Shown piece after piece: positions 37,219 through 47,352 of a DNA stretch of 64,000 bases. Under the pieces are notes generated by a model, which worked only from the letters and a program-made list of their open reading frames with translations, searched no databases and had not been told where the DNA came from. The DNA is taken from the NCBI GenBank assembly GCA_030698495.1, contig JAUYKA010000033.1, positions 7,840-71,839 on the forward strand. The letters run 5' to 3'. This stretch comes from a bacterium. Lineage in GTDB: Bacteria; Patescibacteriota; Andersenbacteria; UBA10190. The translations under genes and the position numbers were made by a program. How positions within the stretch are numbered: the stretch's first letter is position 1; the number at the start of each line of letters is the position of its first letter.

Positions 37219-38174
37219 TCCCGGGCAGTGCGACGCGGCGTGGCTTTGAGGTTGTGGCGCAGGCTGTGTCCAATACGTAAAATAGCGTGGGGCAGTAAAT
37301 TGGTGCCCAGGATCTGTTGGGTTTGGTGGCGGTATTTATCCCCCGCTTCGATGGCGGCGGCCATAGGGGCGGCAGCCAGACCGGCTTTGGTGGCTTCCAG
37401 CCAGAGGGTTTCCATGTCTATACCAACGCGCAGCCAGTCTTGAGGTGAGTCGGCCGAAGTGGCAAAGACGGCAATAGTAGAGGCGCTGGCTATTTGTTTG
37501 GCAGTGTTGGTTTGTTCCTGTTTGTGAATAGGCAGAATTAAGACCGCCCAGGGTAAGACGGGAGTAAGCGGCGCGGGAATAAGCATGGCGTAACCGGGCA
37601 TGCCGTCGGGCTGTCTGGTCCAGTTGCTGCGCACCCAATGAGAGAGTTCACGGCGAAAATCTTTGCGGGCCAGGGTGGCGTATGAACCGGCTCCGGTTAT
37701 GGCAGCCAGTTTATCAATTTGCTCGTGTGTTTCTACGGGAATGACTGCGAGAGACTGAAGGGACGGTAAATGATTTTTTTCGTCAGCGGTTAGCGGTTCT
37801 TTATTGTATTCGGAACGATCGGTTCGTCGTTGATTTATGACCGGGAAGAGTGAAGCAAGGTGAGAATCGGTGCCGGAATTGTTGAGGCGCAGACGGGCTA
37901 TTAGCATATTTTCTCCTTCACCATCAGGGAAAAAATCTATATCGGTATGGTGGTTATGGTGGGCGGCGGCAATTAGACAGTTGGCGATAAGACAACCAAG
38001 ACTGGTGTAAAGCTGGCGATGGGTGGGGTCTGATACCATTAAATGCCGGCGGTGATCAATGTATATATCGATAGTGTTGTCGCTGATATTAAAGAGCCAG
38101 GGTTGGGTGTTGTGCGCGGAGGGAGCCAAGACTGCCGCCGGGAGAATTTGTTCGATTATTTGATGGCTAGTCAT
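37203..38174 (-). CDS. Nitroreductase-family protein.
   Basis: APSAHNTQPW motif. Confidence 0.6.
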   Translation of the reverse strand: MTSHQIIEQILPAAVLAPSAHNTQPWLFNISDNTIDIYIDHRRHLMVSDPTHRQLYTSLGCLIANCLIAAAHHNHHTDIDFFPDGEGENMLIARLRLNNSGTDSHLASLFPVINQRRTDRSEYNKEPLTADEKNHLPSLQSLAVIPVETHEQIDKLAAITGAGSYATLARKDFRRELSHWVRSNWTRQPDGMPGYAMLIPAPLTPVLPWAVLILPIHKQEQTNTAKQIASASTIAVFATSADSPQDWLRVGIDMETLWLEATKAGLAAAPMAAAIEAGDKYRHQTQQILGTNLLPHAILRIGHSLRHNLKATPRRTARDCLRK

Positions 38175-38202
38175 GTTTTTGTATTTAGTATCTTGTATTT
38201 CG

Positions 38203-38634
38203 TTACGAGGCGTTGACGATGAGGTTAAATAGGCTGGGGTGGGAAGGCTGATACTGACCGGTCATGTATTCCTGCTTGTTAATCCAGACATATTCTTCGA
38301 TGCGTTCGTTGGTAGGATTGGCCGTAAGATCGATATTCATATGCAAAGGATGACAACGGAAAAGGGTGGAGATTATTTGATTGCTGTCTTTTACCCGGTA
38401 AAAATACCACATGCCTAAAGGCGCTTGAATTTCGACATCAAGATTGGTTTCTTCTTTTACTTCCCGATGCAGAGCGTCATAAGGCGATTCGCTGTGCTGG
38501 ACCTTGCCGCCGGGAACATCCCAGAAGATGAGCTCGCCTTCGTCCATGTTAATGATCTGCTTGATAAGTAAAAATTTGTCGTCGTCAAAAATGAGGGCGT
38601 GGACGGCAGGCAGAATCTTTTTTTCTTCAGCCAT
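38203..38634 (-). CDS. NUDIX hydrolase.
   Basis: GGKVQHSESPYDALHREVKEETNL. Confidence 0.8.
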   Translation of the reverse strand: MAEEKKILPAVHALIFDDDKFLLIKQIINMDEGELIFWDVPGGKVQHSESPYDALHREVKEETNLDVEIQAPLGMWYFYRVKDSNQIISTLFRCHPLHMNIDLTANPTNERIEEYVWINKQEYMTGQYQPSHPSLFNLIVNAS

Positions 38635-38677
38635 AAGTTTAAAAGTGTTTAGTATTTAGTATCTTGTATTTAGTATG

Positions 38678-39682
38678 TTACTGGCCACTTTGTTTGTACA
38701 TTTTTTCGCTTTCTGCCTTCAAAGGACGCCACCAGGATTCGTTGGCTCGATACCAATCTACAGTTTTTTGCAGCCACTGGGCAAATGTATGTTGCGGTTC
38801 CCAGTCAAGGTTTTTATTTATTTTACGCCAATCAACGGCGTAGCGGCGGTCGTGACCGGGACGGTCTTTAACATATTCAATTTTATCTTCGCCGAGATTC
38901 ATGTATTCAAGCAGTATTTGAGCCACGGCAAGGTTGTTGACATCATCGGTCATGCCGCCGATTAGATATGTCTCCCCTATTTTCCCTTTTTGCAGTACGG
39001 CATCAATGGCGCGACAGTGGTCGGTGACATAAAGCCAGTCGCGGACGTATTTGCCATCACCGTAGATTTTAACCTTATCGCCGTCGATAAGGTTGGTGAT
39101 CATGCGGGGAATAAACTTTTCCGGATGTTGATATGGGCCGAAATTGTTGGAACAGTTGGTGATGGTAATCGGCAGATCGAAAGTTGTGTGATAAGCGCGG
39201 ACAAGATGGTCTGATCCGGCTTTGGAAGCGGAATAGGGGCTGTGGGGCTCATATAAAGTTTTTTCGGTAAATTTTTCTTCGGAATCAAGTGGCAGGGCGC
39301 CAAATACTTCATCCGTAGAAACGTGGTGAAACCGCTTATTGTGTTTTCTGGCAGCTTCAAGCAAAACAAAGGTGCCTTTAACATTAGTCTCAACAAAAGC
39401 TTCGGGACCCAGAATTGAACGGTCAACATGAGATTCGGCGGCAAAATGAACGATTATGTCGGCTGCCTCCACCAGTTCGTCCACTATTTCCGGATTACAA
39501 ATGTCGCCTTTGACGAAGGTGTAGTTGGAGTTGGCGGCTATTTCTTTTAAATTATCAAGATTACCGGCATAGGTTAGGGCATCCAAGTTGGTGATTTGAT
39601 CGTCGGGATGCTCTTTGAACCAGTAATGAATGAAGTTACTGCCGATGAATCCCGCCCCGCCGGTGACTAGTAGTTTGCTCAT
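38678..39682 (-). CDS. rfbB: dTDP-glucose 4,6-dehydratase.
   Basis: GGAGFIGS, YSASKAGSDHLVRAY and ITNCSNNFGPYQHPEKFIP motifs. Confidence 0.85.
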   Translation of the reverse strand: MSKLLVTGGAGFIGSNFIHYWFKEHPDDQITNLDALTYAGNLDNLKEIAANSNYTFVKGDICNPEIVDELVEAADIIVHFAAESHVDRSILGPEAFVETNVKGTFVLLEAARKHNKRFHHVSTDEVFGALPLDSEEKFTEKTLYEPHSPYSASKAGSDHLVRAYHTTFDLPITITNCSNNFGPYQHPEKFIPRMITNLIDGDKVKIYGDGKYVRDWLYVTDHCRAIDAVLQKGKIGETYLIGGMTDDVNNLAVAQILLEYMNLGEDKIEYVKDRPGHDRRYAVDWRKINKNLDWEPQHTFAQWLQKTVDWYRANESWWRPLKAESEKMYKQSGQ

Positions 39683-39763
39683 GAGGTAAGTATTTAGTAT
39701 TTATCTATTAGGGGCAAGTATGGCGCGGTGGTATTTCCAATTGTATAAGGGTACAGTGTATTT

Positions 39764-40174
39764 ATGACTAAAGTGATAAAATTATCTGCGGATGCGGATG
39801 ACAAAACCGCTTTGCGCGGGGCAGGAGTAAGTTTGATGGTTATGTTTGGTTCCCACGTGACGGGCAACCGACATCCAGGCAGTGATATTGATATTGGCGT
39901 GCTGTTTAAGGATTTGAAGCAAAAAGAAGCGGATCCGGTGGATGTTTACGGCACTTTATCTGATGTCTTGGCGCGGATTTTCCCGGGTAAGCGACTGGAT
40001 ATAGTGTATTTACATGAGGCGCCTTTGAGCTTGCGGTTTCGAGCAGCAATGGAAGGAGAGCTTTTATACGCCGAGTCGCCAACTTTGGCGGCTGATTTTA
40101 AAGAATACGCCATGAAAATGTATTTTGATTTTAAGCCTGTGGAGGAAGAATTTAAGCAAGTAATATTCGGATAA
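39764..40174 (+). CDS. MntA-like minimal nucleotidyltransferase (type VII TA antitoxin).
   Basis: GS...GSDIDIGV motif. Followed by a HEPN/DUF86 gene. Confidence 0.65.
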   Translation: MTKVIKLSADADDKTALRGAGVSLMVMFGSHVTGNRHPGSDIDIGVLFKDLKQKEADPVDVYGTLSDVLARIFPGKRLDIVYLHEAPLSLRFRAAMEGELLYAESPTLAADFKEYAMKMYFDFKPVEEEFKQVIFG

Positions 40175-40203
40175 TTGATAATCGGTAACAATGTTTCAAC
40201 TAT

Positions 40204-40659
40204 ATGATGGTAGTGAACGCTCCTCTTGATGAAGAGAAACTAAAGAATCTCCTGGCGGAAGTACGAGAGAATGTGGAATCTTTGCGGCCGTTTGCTGATA
40301 TGACGGAAGCAGATTTTCGAAAGGAAGGAAATAATTACGCTATTACCGAGCATCATTTCCGCCGGGCTTTGGAAGGAGTTTTAACCATAGGAACACACTT
40401 ACTGTCGCGTTTGCCTGCTAAAACAAACGACTATCAAGAGGTGATTGTGTCGCTGGGGAAGCACGGCGTTGTGCCGGAAGAATTCGCGGCACAAAATCGC
40501 AAATTGGCCGGCTATCGTAACCGCTTGGTGCATTTATATTGGGAAATATCCGATAAAGAATTGCATGATGTTATTAAGCGGCACTTGGGCGACTTAGAGC
40601 AGTTTTGTGCGTATTTTGTGAAATATATTGGCGAGAAGAGGAATCTTGGAGAAAAATAG
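40204..40659 (+). CDS. HepT-like HEPN (DUF86) toxin.
   Basis: Rx4HxY motif YRNRLVHLYW. Confidence 0.65.
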   Translation: MMVVNAPLDEEKLKNLLAEVRENVESLRPFADMTEADFRKEGNNYAITEHHFRRALEGVLTIGTHLLSRLPAKTNDYQEVIVSLGKHGVVPEEFAAQNRKLAGYRNRLVHLYWEISDKELHDVIKRHLGDLEQFCAYFVKYIGEKRNLGEK

Positions 40660-40668
40660 ATAGGTAAG

Positions 40669-41079
40669 CTATGAAGTCAGGAGCAAATCTTTGAGTGGTT
40701 TTATGGCTTTGGTAAATTTTATGTTGTCCAGATCCGGCGCGGAGAAAAAATCGTAGCCAACACATTCATCGGAATCTATAAAGTTGAAGCTTGGTAGTTC
40801 AATTTTAAAACAGACATAAACTAAATGTGTATCGGTTTTTTCCCAATAGGCGGTCCAGGCGAAGCGCGGGTTTTTGTCGATAACATTGCAATCGACTCCC
40901 ATTTCTTCCTGACATTCCCTTTTTAGCGCTTCGGAAAATGTTTCGCCGTGCTCCAGCCTGCCTCCGGGTAGGTCCCATTTTCCGTTCGGTTCTTCAAGAA
41001 GCATTACTTGGCCTTTTTTATTAAAAACAAGGCCCTTTACGTCAACATGAAATTGCTTGCTATTTTGTTTTGTTGTCAT
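40669..41079 (-). CDS. NUDIX hydrolase.
   Basis: LPGGRLEHGETFSEALKRECQEEMGV. ATGA overlap with metG. Confidence 0.8.
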   Translation of the reverse strand: MTTKQNSKQFHVDVKGLVFNKKGQVMLLEEPNGKWDLPGGRLEHGETFSEALKRECQEEMGVDCNVIDKNPRFAWTAYWEKTDTHLVYVCFKIELPSFNFIDSDECVGYDFFSAPDLDNIKFTKAIKPLKDLLLTS

Positions 41080-42521
41080 GATTTGCGGGCGAATAGCGGC
41101 TCTTGGGGTTTTTTGATAGGACGGGCTTCCAGGAGCTTGGTTAGTTTGGCGTGAGTTTCAGGGAGAAAGGGGGCGATTTGATTATTAACTGCAACCAATA
41201 TAGAGAAAATTCCTGCAAGCGTTCCTTCTATTTCTTTTGTTTTATTCTGTTTTGCCAATTCCCAAGGCTTGTTGTCTTCAATCCATTTGTCTGCAACTCC
41301 AAGTGCCTGCCATATGTTTTCTAATGCAGAACTAAAATCAAGATTTTCAGTTAATATCCCGGCTTCGTAGAGTAATTTCTGAACTAATGTTGAAGATGCT
41401 ACTGGCAGATCCGGATCAAGCTCTGGTGTAAACCTCTCAATCATATTAAGAGTGCGGGAAACAAGGTTGCCGAGGCCGTTAGCCAAATCGGCGTTGTAGC
41501 GTTCCTTTAAGCGTTCGGGGGAGAAATCACCGTCTTTGCCGAAGGGAATGTCGCGCAAGAGAAAGTAGCGAATGGCGTCGCTGCCGTATTCTTGGGACAA
41601 CTCAACCGGATCAATGGCGTTGCCCAAGGATTTACTGATTTTTTGGCCGTCGATGGTAAAAAAGCCATGGGCGAAAACCTTTTTAGGTAATTTTTCACCG
41701 ATAGCCTCCAGCAGCGCCGGCCAGATAACGCAGTGAAATTTAATAATGTCTTTGCCGACAATGTGAACGTCGGCCGGCCACCATTTGTTAAATTTGGCTT
41801 CATCTTTACCGTAGCCAATGGCGGAGCAGTAGTTAAAAAGCTCATCCAGCCAGACATAGATGGTTTGGCTGGCATCCCAAGGCAAGGGCAGAGCGAATTT
41901 GGCGGTGCGCCGGGAGATGGCGATGTCTTCTAGACCTTGTTCTATAAAAGACAGGACTTCGTTTTTGCGCTCAACCGGTTCTATTTGTAGTTGGCCGCTG
42001 GTGATTTTTTCTTGGAGAAAATCACCGTATTCGGAAAGCTTAAAAAACCAGTTTTTCTCTTTTGTTTTTTCCGGCGGTTGGCCGTGATCGGGGCAGTTGC
42101 CATGTTCGTCCAGCTCCGATTCTTTAATAAACGCTTCGTGACCAACACAGTAAAGACCGGCATATTCGGCTTCGTATAGCTGGCCGGATTCTTTTAGTTT
42201 TTTAAAAAAATTGGTGACAGCGGCGGCGTGGCGCGACTCGGTGGTGCGAATAAAGTCATCGTATTGAATGCCCAGGGTCTCCCAGGCGGTCTTGAAATAT
42301 TCAGAGTTGGTATCGACAAAAGATTGGGGAGCTTGTCCGGTGGCTTCAGCGCTGTTGGCAATTTTGGTGCCATGTTCGGCAACGCCGGTAAGAAAGAAGG
42401 TGTCGTCCCCTTTTATTTTATGCCAGCGCGCCAGAACATCGGCGGCGATAGTAGGATAGGCCGAGCCGATGTGCGGTTTGGCGTTGACGTAGTATATGGG
42501 GGTGGTGACGTAATACTTCAC
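41076..42521 (-). CDS. metG: Methionyl-tRNA synthetase (short form), GTG start.
   Basis: HIGH region PHIGSAY, KMSKS as KISKSLGN. Confidence 0.85.
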   Translation of the reverse strand: MKYYVTTPIYYVNAKPHIGSAYPTIAADVLARWHKIKGDDTFFLTGVAEHGTKIANSAEATGQAPQSFVDTNSEYFKTAWETLGIQYDDFIRTTESRHAAAVTNFFKKLKESGQLYEAEYAGLYCVGHEAFIKESELDEHGNCPDHGQPPEKTKEKNWFFKLSEYGDFLQEKITSGQLQIEPVERKNEVLSFIEQGLEDIAISRRTAKFALPLPWDASQTIYVWLDELFNYCSAIGYGKDEAKFNKWWPADVHIVGKDIIKFHCVIWPALLEAIGEKLPKKVFAHGFFTIDGQKISKSLGNAIDPVELSQEYGSDAIRYFLLRDIPFGKDGDFSPERLKERYNADLANGLGNLVSRTLNMIERFTPELDPDLPVASSTLVQKLLYEAGILTENLDFSSALENIWQALGVADKWIEDNKPWELAKQNKTKEIEGTLAGIFSILVAVNNQIAPFLPETHAKLTKLLEARPIKKPQEPLFARKS

Positions 42522-42633
42522 AAATTTTTAATTAATAATTTTTAATTTTTAATCAATTTATAAATGACTCAATTATTAATTACTCTACATTTTTTCTGTT
42601 TCGGAGGTTACTAAGACTATAGCAGGATTTTCT

Positions 42634-42708
42634 TTAGTAGTAAGTAGTCAGTAGTAAGGGGACGGTGACGAGCAGTTCTTACTGCTAGCTACTTACTGCT
42701 AGCTACTA
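42634..42708 (+). repeat. Imperfect long palindrome containing a TAGTAGTAAGTAGTCAGTAGTAAGGGGACG-type motif (family with 43954-43990).
   Basis: ttagtagtaagtagtcagtagtaagggg...cttactgctagctacttactgctagctacta. Confidence 0.55.
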
Positions 42709-43231
42709 AATCTTTCAAATCGTAGATGTATACGGCGCCGGATTTGGGAGTACGCACGATTTGTTCCGGGGCAACATCTTTAAAGGGGAAAACATAAGAG
42801 AGAAGGTATTTGGCGCGGGGAAGGTTTTGTTTGGCCAGGTAGGTTTTTAAGCGCGGCATATTGTCCGGCATGAGGAAAGCGAAGACTACTGTGGTTTCGG
42901 GGGGAAGTTTTTGCTTGTAGAAATTGCGGAGGCGGATTTTAATTGTTTCATTGTTTTTCACTACGCGCAGCCAAGAGACAAACCACATAATAGGAGAAAG
43001 TTCATAACCGACAGCTTTGGCGCCGACAGAGTTGGCTGATAATAAGACTTTGCCGTCGCCGGCGCCCAGGTCAATTACAAAGTCGTCTTGTCCGAGGCCG
43101 ATTAGTTTGAATGCTTTATTAATGGCCGGCTGGCGCGTGGGAGCGTAGGGCGCGCCGATAAAACCAGCATAAGCGGTGGGAATAAGCAGGGCGACGCCGA
43201 AGAGAATTAAAAGGAGAAGAAACAAGGGCAT
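42689..43231 (-). CDS. Class I SAM-dependent methyltransferase with an N-terminal hydrophobic segment.
   Basis: Motif I VIDLGAGDGKVL. Confidence 0.6.
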   Translation of the reverse strand: MPLFLLLLILFGVALLIPTAYAGFIGAPYAPTRQPAINKAFKLIGLGQDDFVIDLGAGDGKVLLSANSVGAKAVGYELSPIMWFVSWLRVVKNNETIKIRLRNFYKQKLPPETTVVFAFLMPDNMPRLKTYLAKQNLPRAKYLLSYVFPFKDVAPEQIVRTPKSGAVYIYDLKDLVASSK

Positions 43232-43325
43232 GTTTTAGTCATTAGGGCATTAGTTATTAGGCATTAGTACAATGTAGCTTTCGCCTGCGGGCGAAAGCTA
43301 CTATTTACTAAGACTAATAGTTTAA

Positions 43326-43872
43326 CTACGTCGCCTTAACTTTTAGTTTGCGCGTGACAGCGGCGTTGGCCTTGGGTATGCGAATAGTTAAGACGCCATT
43401 TTTAATTTTGGCTTCGGCGCGGTCCGCGTCTATTTCCACCGGTAAAATAATCGAGCGGGAGAAAGTTCCCCAGTAACATTCCTGATAGAAGTAATCTTCC
43501 GGATCAATGTCATATTGCTGGCGACGCTCACCGCGAATAGTGACCATGTCGTTGGTGATAGAAACATCAAGGTCGTCGGGAGAAACACCGGCGATAGTGC
43601 TTTGCACGACAATGTTTTGGTCGTCTTGAAACACGTCAACAGTCAACTGGCCTTCCTGCTCTTCTTCATTACCGGCGTTTTCGTCGGAGTATGTTTCTTC
43701 CGGCTCGGCTTCAGTTTCTTCCATTGTTTCCGCCAGCTCCTCATCAGGTTCCGGTTGAACGGCAACGGTTTGGTCGCCGTTGTCTTCATATTGCACTTCT
43801 TCCTGACCGGAGCTACCTAATAAACGGGCGCCGGTAATGCGTTCAAAAAAGCTGCGTGGTTCTTGTGGCATA
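43326..43872 (-). CDS. Small heat-shock protein (Hsp20/alpha-crystallin).
   Basis: Alpha-crystallin domain ...GVLTIRIPK. AAGGAGG RBS upstream of the ATG at 43872. Confidence 0.75.
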
Positions 43873-43953
43873 TGTTTTATCCTCCTTTGAATTAGTGTAG
43901 CAGATATTACTGGAAATAGTATAGCAATATTTTTTACATGTGCACATACCGAA

Positions 43954-43990
43954 TTAGTAGTAGGTAGTAGGCAGCAAGGGACGAGACGCA
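43954..43990 (+). repeat. Second copy of the TAGTAGTAGGTAGTAGGCAGCAAGGGACGAGACG motif, upstream of hsp20.
   Basis: Aligns with 42634-42672. Confidence 0.5.
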
Positions 43991-44016
43991 TTACAGACCG
44001 ATAATGTATTTTTTTG

Positions 44017-46578
44017 CTATTGCAGAAGTGCTTTGCTGACAATCATCTCTTTCAGCTTGGCTTGACTGTCCGCAATGAGGCGCTTTTTGGCAGTAACAAT
44101 TTCCTTCGGCGCCTTGCCTTTCATTTGCGTCAGGGATTCAGACTGGCGTTTTACAAATTGTTCCAGTTTAGTTGTTTCTTGGAGCAGTTTTTGGCGCGCT
44201 TGACGGATAACGTCGTCAGTTAGTTCGTCAGAGGCGATGGCGATGGTTTCTCCACCGGCAAGAGGCAGTTTGGTCATGTTTTCCCGCGCCTTTTTAAGCA
44301 GGGACACTTTTGCCAGTGATGATAGAATCTCGGGCATGATGGCGTCAGAAACATAGAGATCAATGGTAACACTGGGTGAGATACCAAACAGCGCTCGGGC
44401 GCTGCGCACGGCCGCGACTATATTTTGAAAACGGGTTATTTTTTTGTCCGCCTTTTGGTCCGGTTTGGTTTTGGCTTCAGGCCAAGGAGAAGTAATAAGC
44501 ATGTCTTTGTTGCCAAACTGCTGCCAGAGAACTTCGGTGATGTGCGGCACGAAGGGATGGAGCAGAGAAAGAATTTTGGTGAAAACAGACCGGGCGTTGG
44601 CCGTTGATCCTTTTATTTTAAGAACTTCCACGTACCAGTCGGCGTAATCTTTCCAGATAAAGTCGTAAATCAGGCGGGCGGCTTCGCCGAAGCGATACTG
44701 ATCGATAAGTTCTCCGGTCTGTTTGATAACGGCGTCACAGCGACGGTTAATCCATTGGTCAAAGATGGTGGCTTCGTCGCGAGAAGGTAAGTTTTGTAAA
44801 AAACGCGCCAGATTCCAGATTTTGTTGGCAAAGTTGCGCGCGGAGACGATAGCGTTCTCATCGAACTTAATGGCCTGGTTGTCGTAACTCATCTGATACA
44901 TGAGACCGAAACGGGTGGCATCAGAGCCGTATTTGTTAATTAATTTCAGAGGGTCAACGCCGGTGCCTAAGCTCTTGCTCATGCGCCGTCCGTTTTTGTC
45001 CAGAACGGTGGGGTGGATGAATACATCCTTAAAAGGAATACGCTGTTCGATTTGGGGTCGTTGATATTCCTCCCCTTTTAACAGCTCCAGGCCGGAGAAA
45101 ATCATGCGCGCCACCCACAGATATAAAATGTCGCGGGCGGTAACCAAAACAGAAGTAGGGTAGAATCGATGCAAATCGTCAGCGGCGTCCGGCCAACCTA
45201 GTGTAGCAAATGGCCACAGGGCGGCGGAAAACCAGGTATCAAGAACATCAGGATCTTGTTCATAGTCCCCCGCCGGCTTATCTTCCGCCACAATAAAGTT
45301 ACCTTCTTCATGATCGGTGCCGTGGGTGTCTTTTTTCCACCAAACCGGCAAACGATGTCCCAGCCAGATTTGACGATTAATATTCCAGTCACGGATATTA
45401 TGCATCCAATCCAGAAAATGTTTTTTCCAGCGCGGTCCGTAAAAGCGGATGAGGTCGTCTTCGACGACGGCGATCGTTTCGTCTTTTAGTTTCTGCATAT
45501 TCAGAAACCACTGACGGGATATTTGCGGTTCGATTAAGCCTTTACCGCGGTCGTTGCGAGCGACATTGTGGACGTAATTGGCGTTTACATGCACCAAAAG
45601 ACCTTTTTTCGCCAGTTTGGCGACAATTTTAGGCCGAGCTTCTTCGATGTCCATGCCGGCAAATTCAGCGGCAATAGGCATTAGTTTGCCGTTGAAGTCG
45701 ATAATTTGTTCCCGGTCCAGGTTATGCCGTTCGGCAATATCAAAATCAGTCGCATCGTGCCAGGGCGTGATAGTCATAACGCCGGTACCGAAGGAGGGGT
45801 CGATTGATTCATCTTTTATAACGGTGGCGTTGACGGGTCCGTTTATCCATTCGCAAGTGAATGTATCGCCGTGTTTGTATTGAGCATAGCGTTTATCGTC
45901 CGGGTGCATGACGACGTATTTGTCGCCGAATTTTGTTTCCGGACGAGCAGTGCTTATTTGGAAATGACCATATTGAAAGGTGTAATAAGGAGCGGTTTCT
46001 TCGTGCCAATCTATTTCTATGTCAGAAACGGTGGTTTGGGATTTGGGATCCCAATTAACCAGGCGCCGGCCGCGATAAATTAATCCTTTGGCGTAATAAT
46101 GGATGAAAGCTTTATTAACGGCTTGAACATATTTTGTGTCCATAGTGAAGCGCTCGCGGCTCCAATCGCAGGAGGCACCGAGACGTTTCATTTGATTAAT
46201 AATGGCTTTGCCGGTTTTGTCATACCACTCATCGGCGCGTTTCATAAATTCTTCCCGGCCAATGTCGTAGCGGGTTTTGCCTTCTTGGTGCAGTTGCTCT
46301 TCCAGCACTTTGTTGGTGGCAATAGCGGCATGGTCCGTACCGGGTAACCAAAGCGCGGGGCGGCCCAGCATGCGGTTATAGCGCATAAGAATGTCCATAA
46401 TGGTGTCCTGCAGGGCGTGCCCCATATGGAGCGTGCCGGTGATGTTGGGCGGCGGAAGCATGATTACATAGGGATTATTCCCGTTTTTTGGCGGCGTGAA
46501 GGCGCCGGATTCCTCCCATTTCCGGTATACTTCTGCTTCATACTCGGCGGGATTGTATTGTTTGGGTAGAGATAGCAT
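44017..46578 (-). CDS. valS: Valyl-tRNA synthetase.
   Basis: HIGH (PPNITGTLHMGHAL), KMSKS (RMSKSLGTG), 853 aa. Confidence 0.9.
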   Translation of the reverse strand: MLSLPKQYNPAEYEAEVYRKWEESGAFTPPKNGNNPYVIMLPPPNITGTLHMGHALQDTIMDILMRYNRMLGRPALWLPGTDHAAIATNKVLEEQLHQEGKTRYDIGREEFMKRADEWYDKTGKAIINQMKRLGASCDWSRERFTMDTKYVQAVNKAFIHYYAKGLIYRGRRLVNWDPKSQTTVSDIEIDWHEETAPYYTFQYGHFQISTARPETKFGDKYVVMHPDDKRYAQYKHGDTFTCEWINGPVNATVIKDESIDPSFGTGVMTITPWHDATDFDIAERHNLDREQIIDFNGKLMPIAAEFAGMDIEEARPKIVAKLAKKGLLVHVNANYVHNVARNDRGKGLIEPQISRQWFLNMQKLKDETIAVVEDDLIRFYGPRWKKHFLDWMHNIRDWNINRQIWLGHRLPVWWKKDTHGTDHEEGNFIVAEDKPAGDYEQDPDVLDTWFSAALWPFATLGWPDAADDLHRFYPTSVLVTARDILYLWVARMIFSGLELLKGEEYQRPQIEQRIPFKDVFIHPTVLDKNGRRMSKSLGTGVDPLKLINKYGSDATRFGLMYQMSYDNQAIKFDENAIVSARNFANKIWNLARFLQNLPSRDEATIFDQWINRRCDAVIKQTGELIDQYRFGEAARLIYDFIWKDYADWYVEVLKIKGSTANARSVFTKILSLLHPFVPHITEVLWQQFGNKDMLITSPWPEAKTKPDQKADKKITRFQNIVAAVRSARALFGISPSVTIDLYVSDAIMPEILSSLAKVSLLKKARENMTKLPLAGGETIAIASDELTDDVIRQARQKLLQETTKLEQFVKRQSESLTQMKGKAPKEIVTAKKRLIADSQAKLKEMIVSKALLQ

Positions 46579-46624
46579 ATATAATAACTTTGTTTATATT
46601 GGCATAAATTTGCGGGGATATAAA

Positions 46625-46768
46625 GGGCTGTAAGCAATTTTCAATTCTCAATTTTCAATTTCCATAGAATACTCAATTATTCAATGATCAAATGCACGAA
46701 ATAATGTGTGTTTGGTGCTTTTTAATATTGTTTATTGAAAATTGAATGGAAATTGGTAATTGGAAATT
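46625..46768 (+). repeat. Inverted pair of caattttcaattctcaattttcaatttcc heptamer-repeat blocks upstream of valS.
   Basis: 46625-46653, and its reverse complement at 46748-46768. The same heptamer occurs inside murI. Confidence 0.6.
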
Positions 46769-46902
46769 ATAATTTAACTAAATAGTTACTATGATTCCCT
46801 GCGGATATTCGTGCCTACTAACATAATATCTGGCTAACAATGCATATCCGACAACGTTTCTCGAGAAAATCAATATGGCGCTAGGGGGTAGGATGCGGTA
46901 GA

Positions 46903-47352
46903 GTGATAAAAGTTATGTCTTACGTGCTTACTGTCGGCTCGCTTCACTTTTTGCCCGGTGAGGCTTTGCGCGTACAAGAAGAATGCTCCTGTGAGGAGGC
47001 ACGACAAGGGTGTTTGCCTAGTTTTGTTTTTAGCCTGGAAGGACAAATAAGGTTTCGGACAGCTCTGCGGCACTTGGCTGTTTGTGAGAAAAGCCAGTGC
47101 CGGAAGCTGCGGCGTTATGTATTGGGCGGTATGCGGGACAAGTTGAGTTGGTTAATGGACGAGGAGTGTTTATTGGGGTGTGTGTTAGTTCAGCCGTCTT
47201 TGTACGGCGCCAAGCGGGTTATTCTGCAAAATAAGGATTTTGTTTCCGTCGCTCATCATTTAGCCAAGTGTCCCAAGGAAAGCTGCGCGCAGCTGCGCCG
47301 GGCACTGCTTTTGACAGTCAGAGACGAAGTGCGGGTGACGACGATAGAGTAA
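46903..47352 (+). CDS. Cys-rich hypothetical protein with an internal duplication.
   Basis: Two repeats of HLAxCxKxxCxxLRR. The 3' end overlaps the tsaD 3' end. Confidence 0.35.
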   Translation: MIKVMSYVLTVGSLHFLPGEALRVQEECSCEEARQGCLPSFVFSLEGQIRFRTALRHLAVCEKSQCRKLRRYVLGGMRDKLSWLMDEECLLGCVLVQPSLYGAKRVILQNKDFVSVAHHLAKCPKESCAQLRRALLLTVRDEVRVTTIE

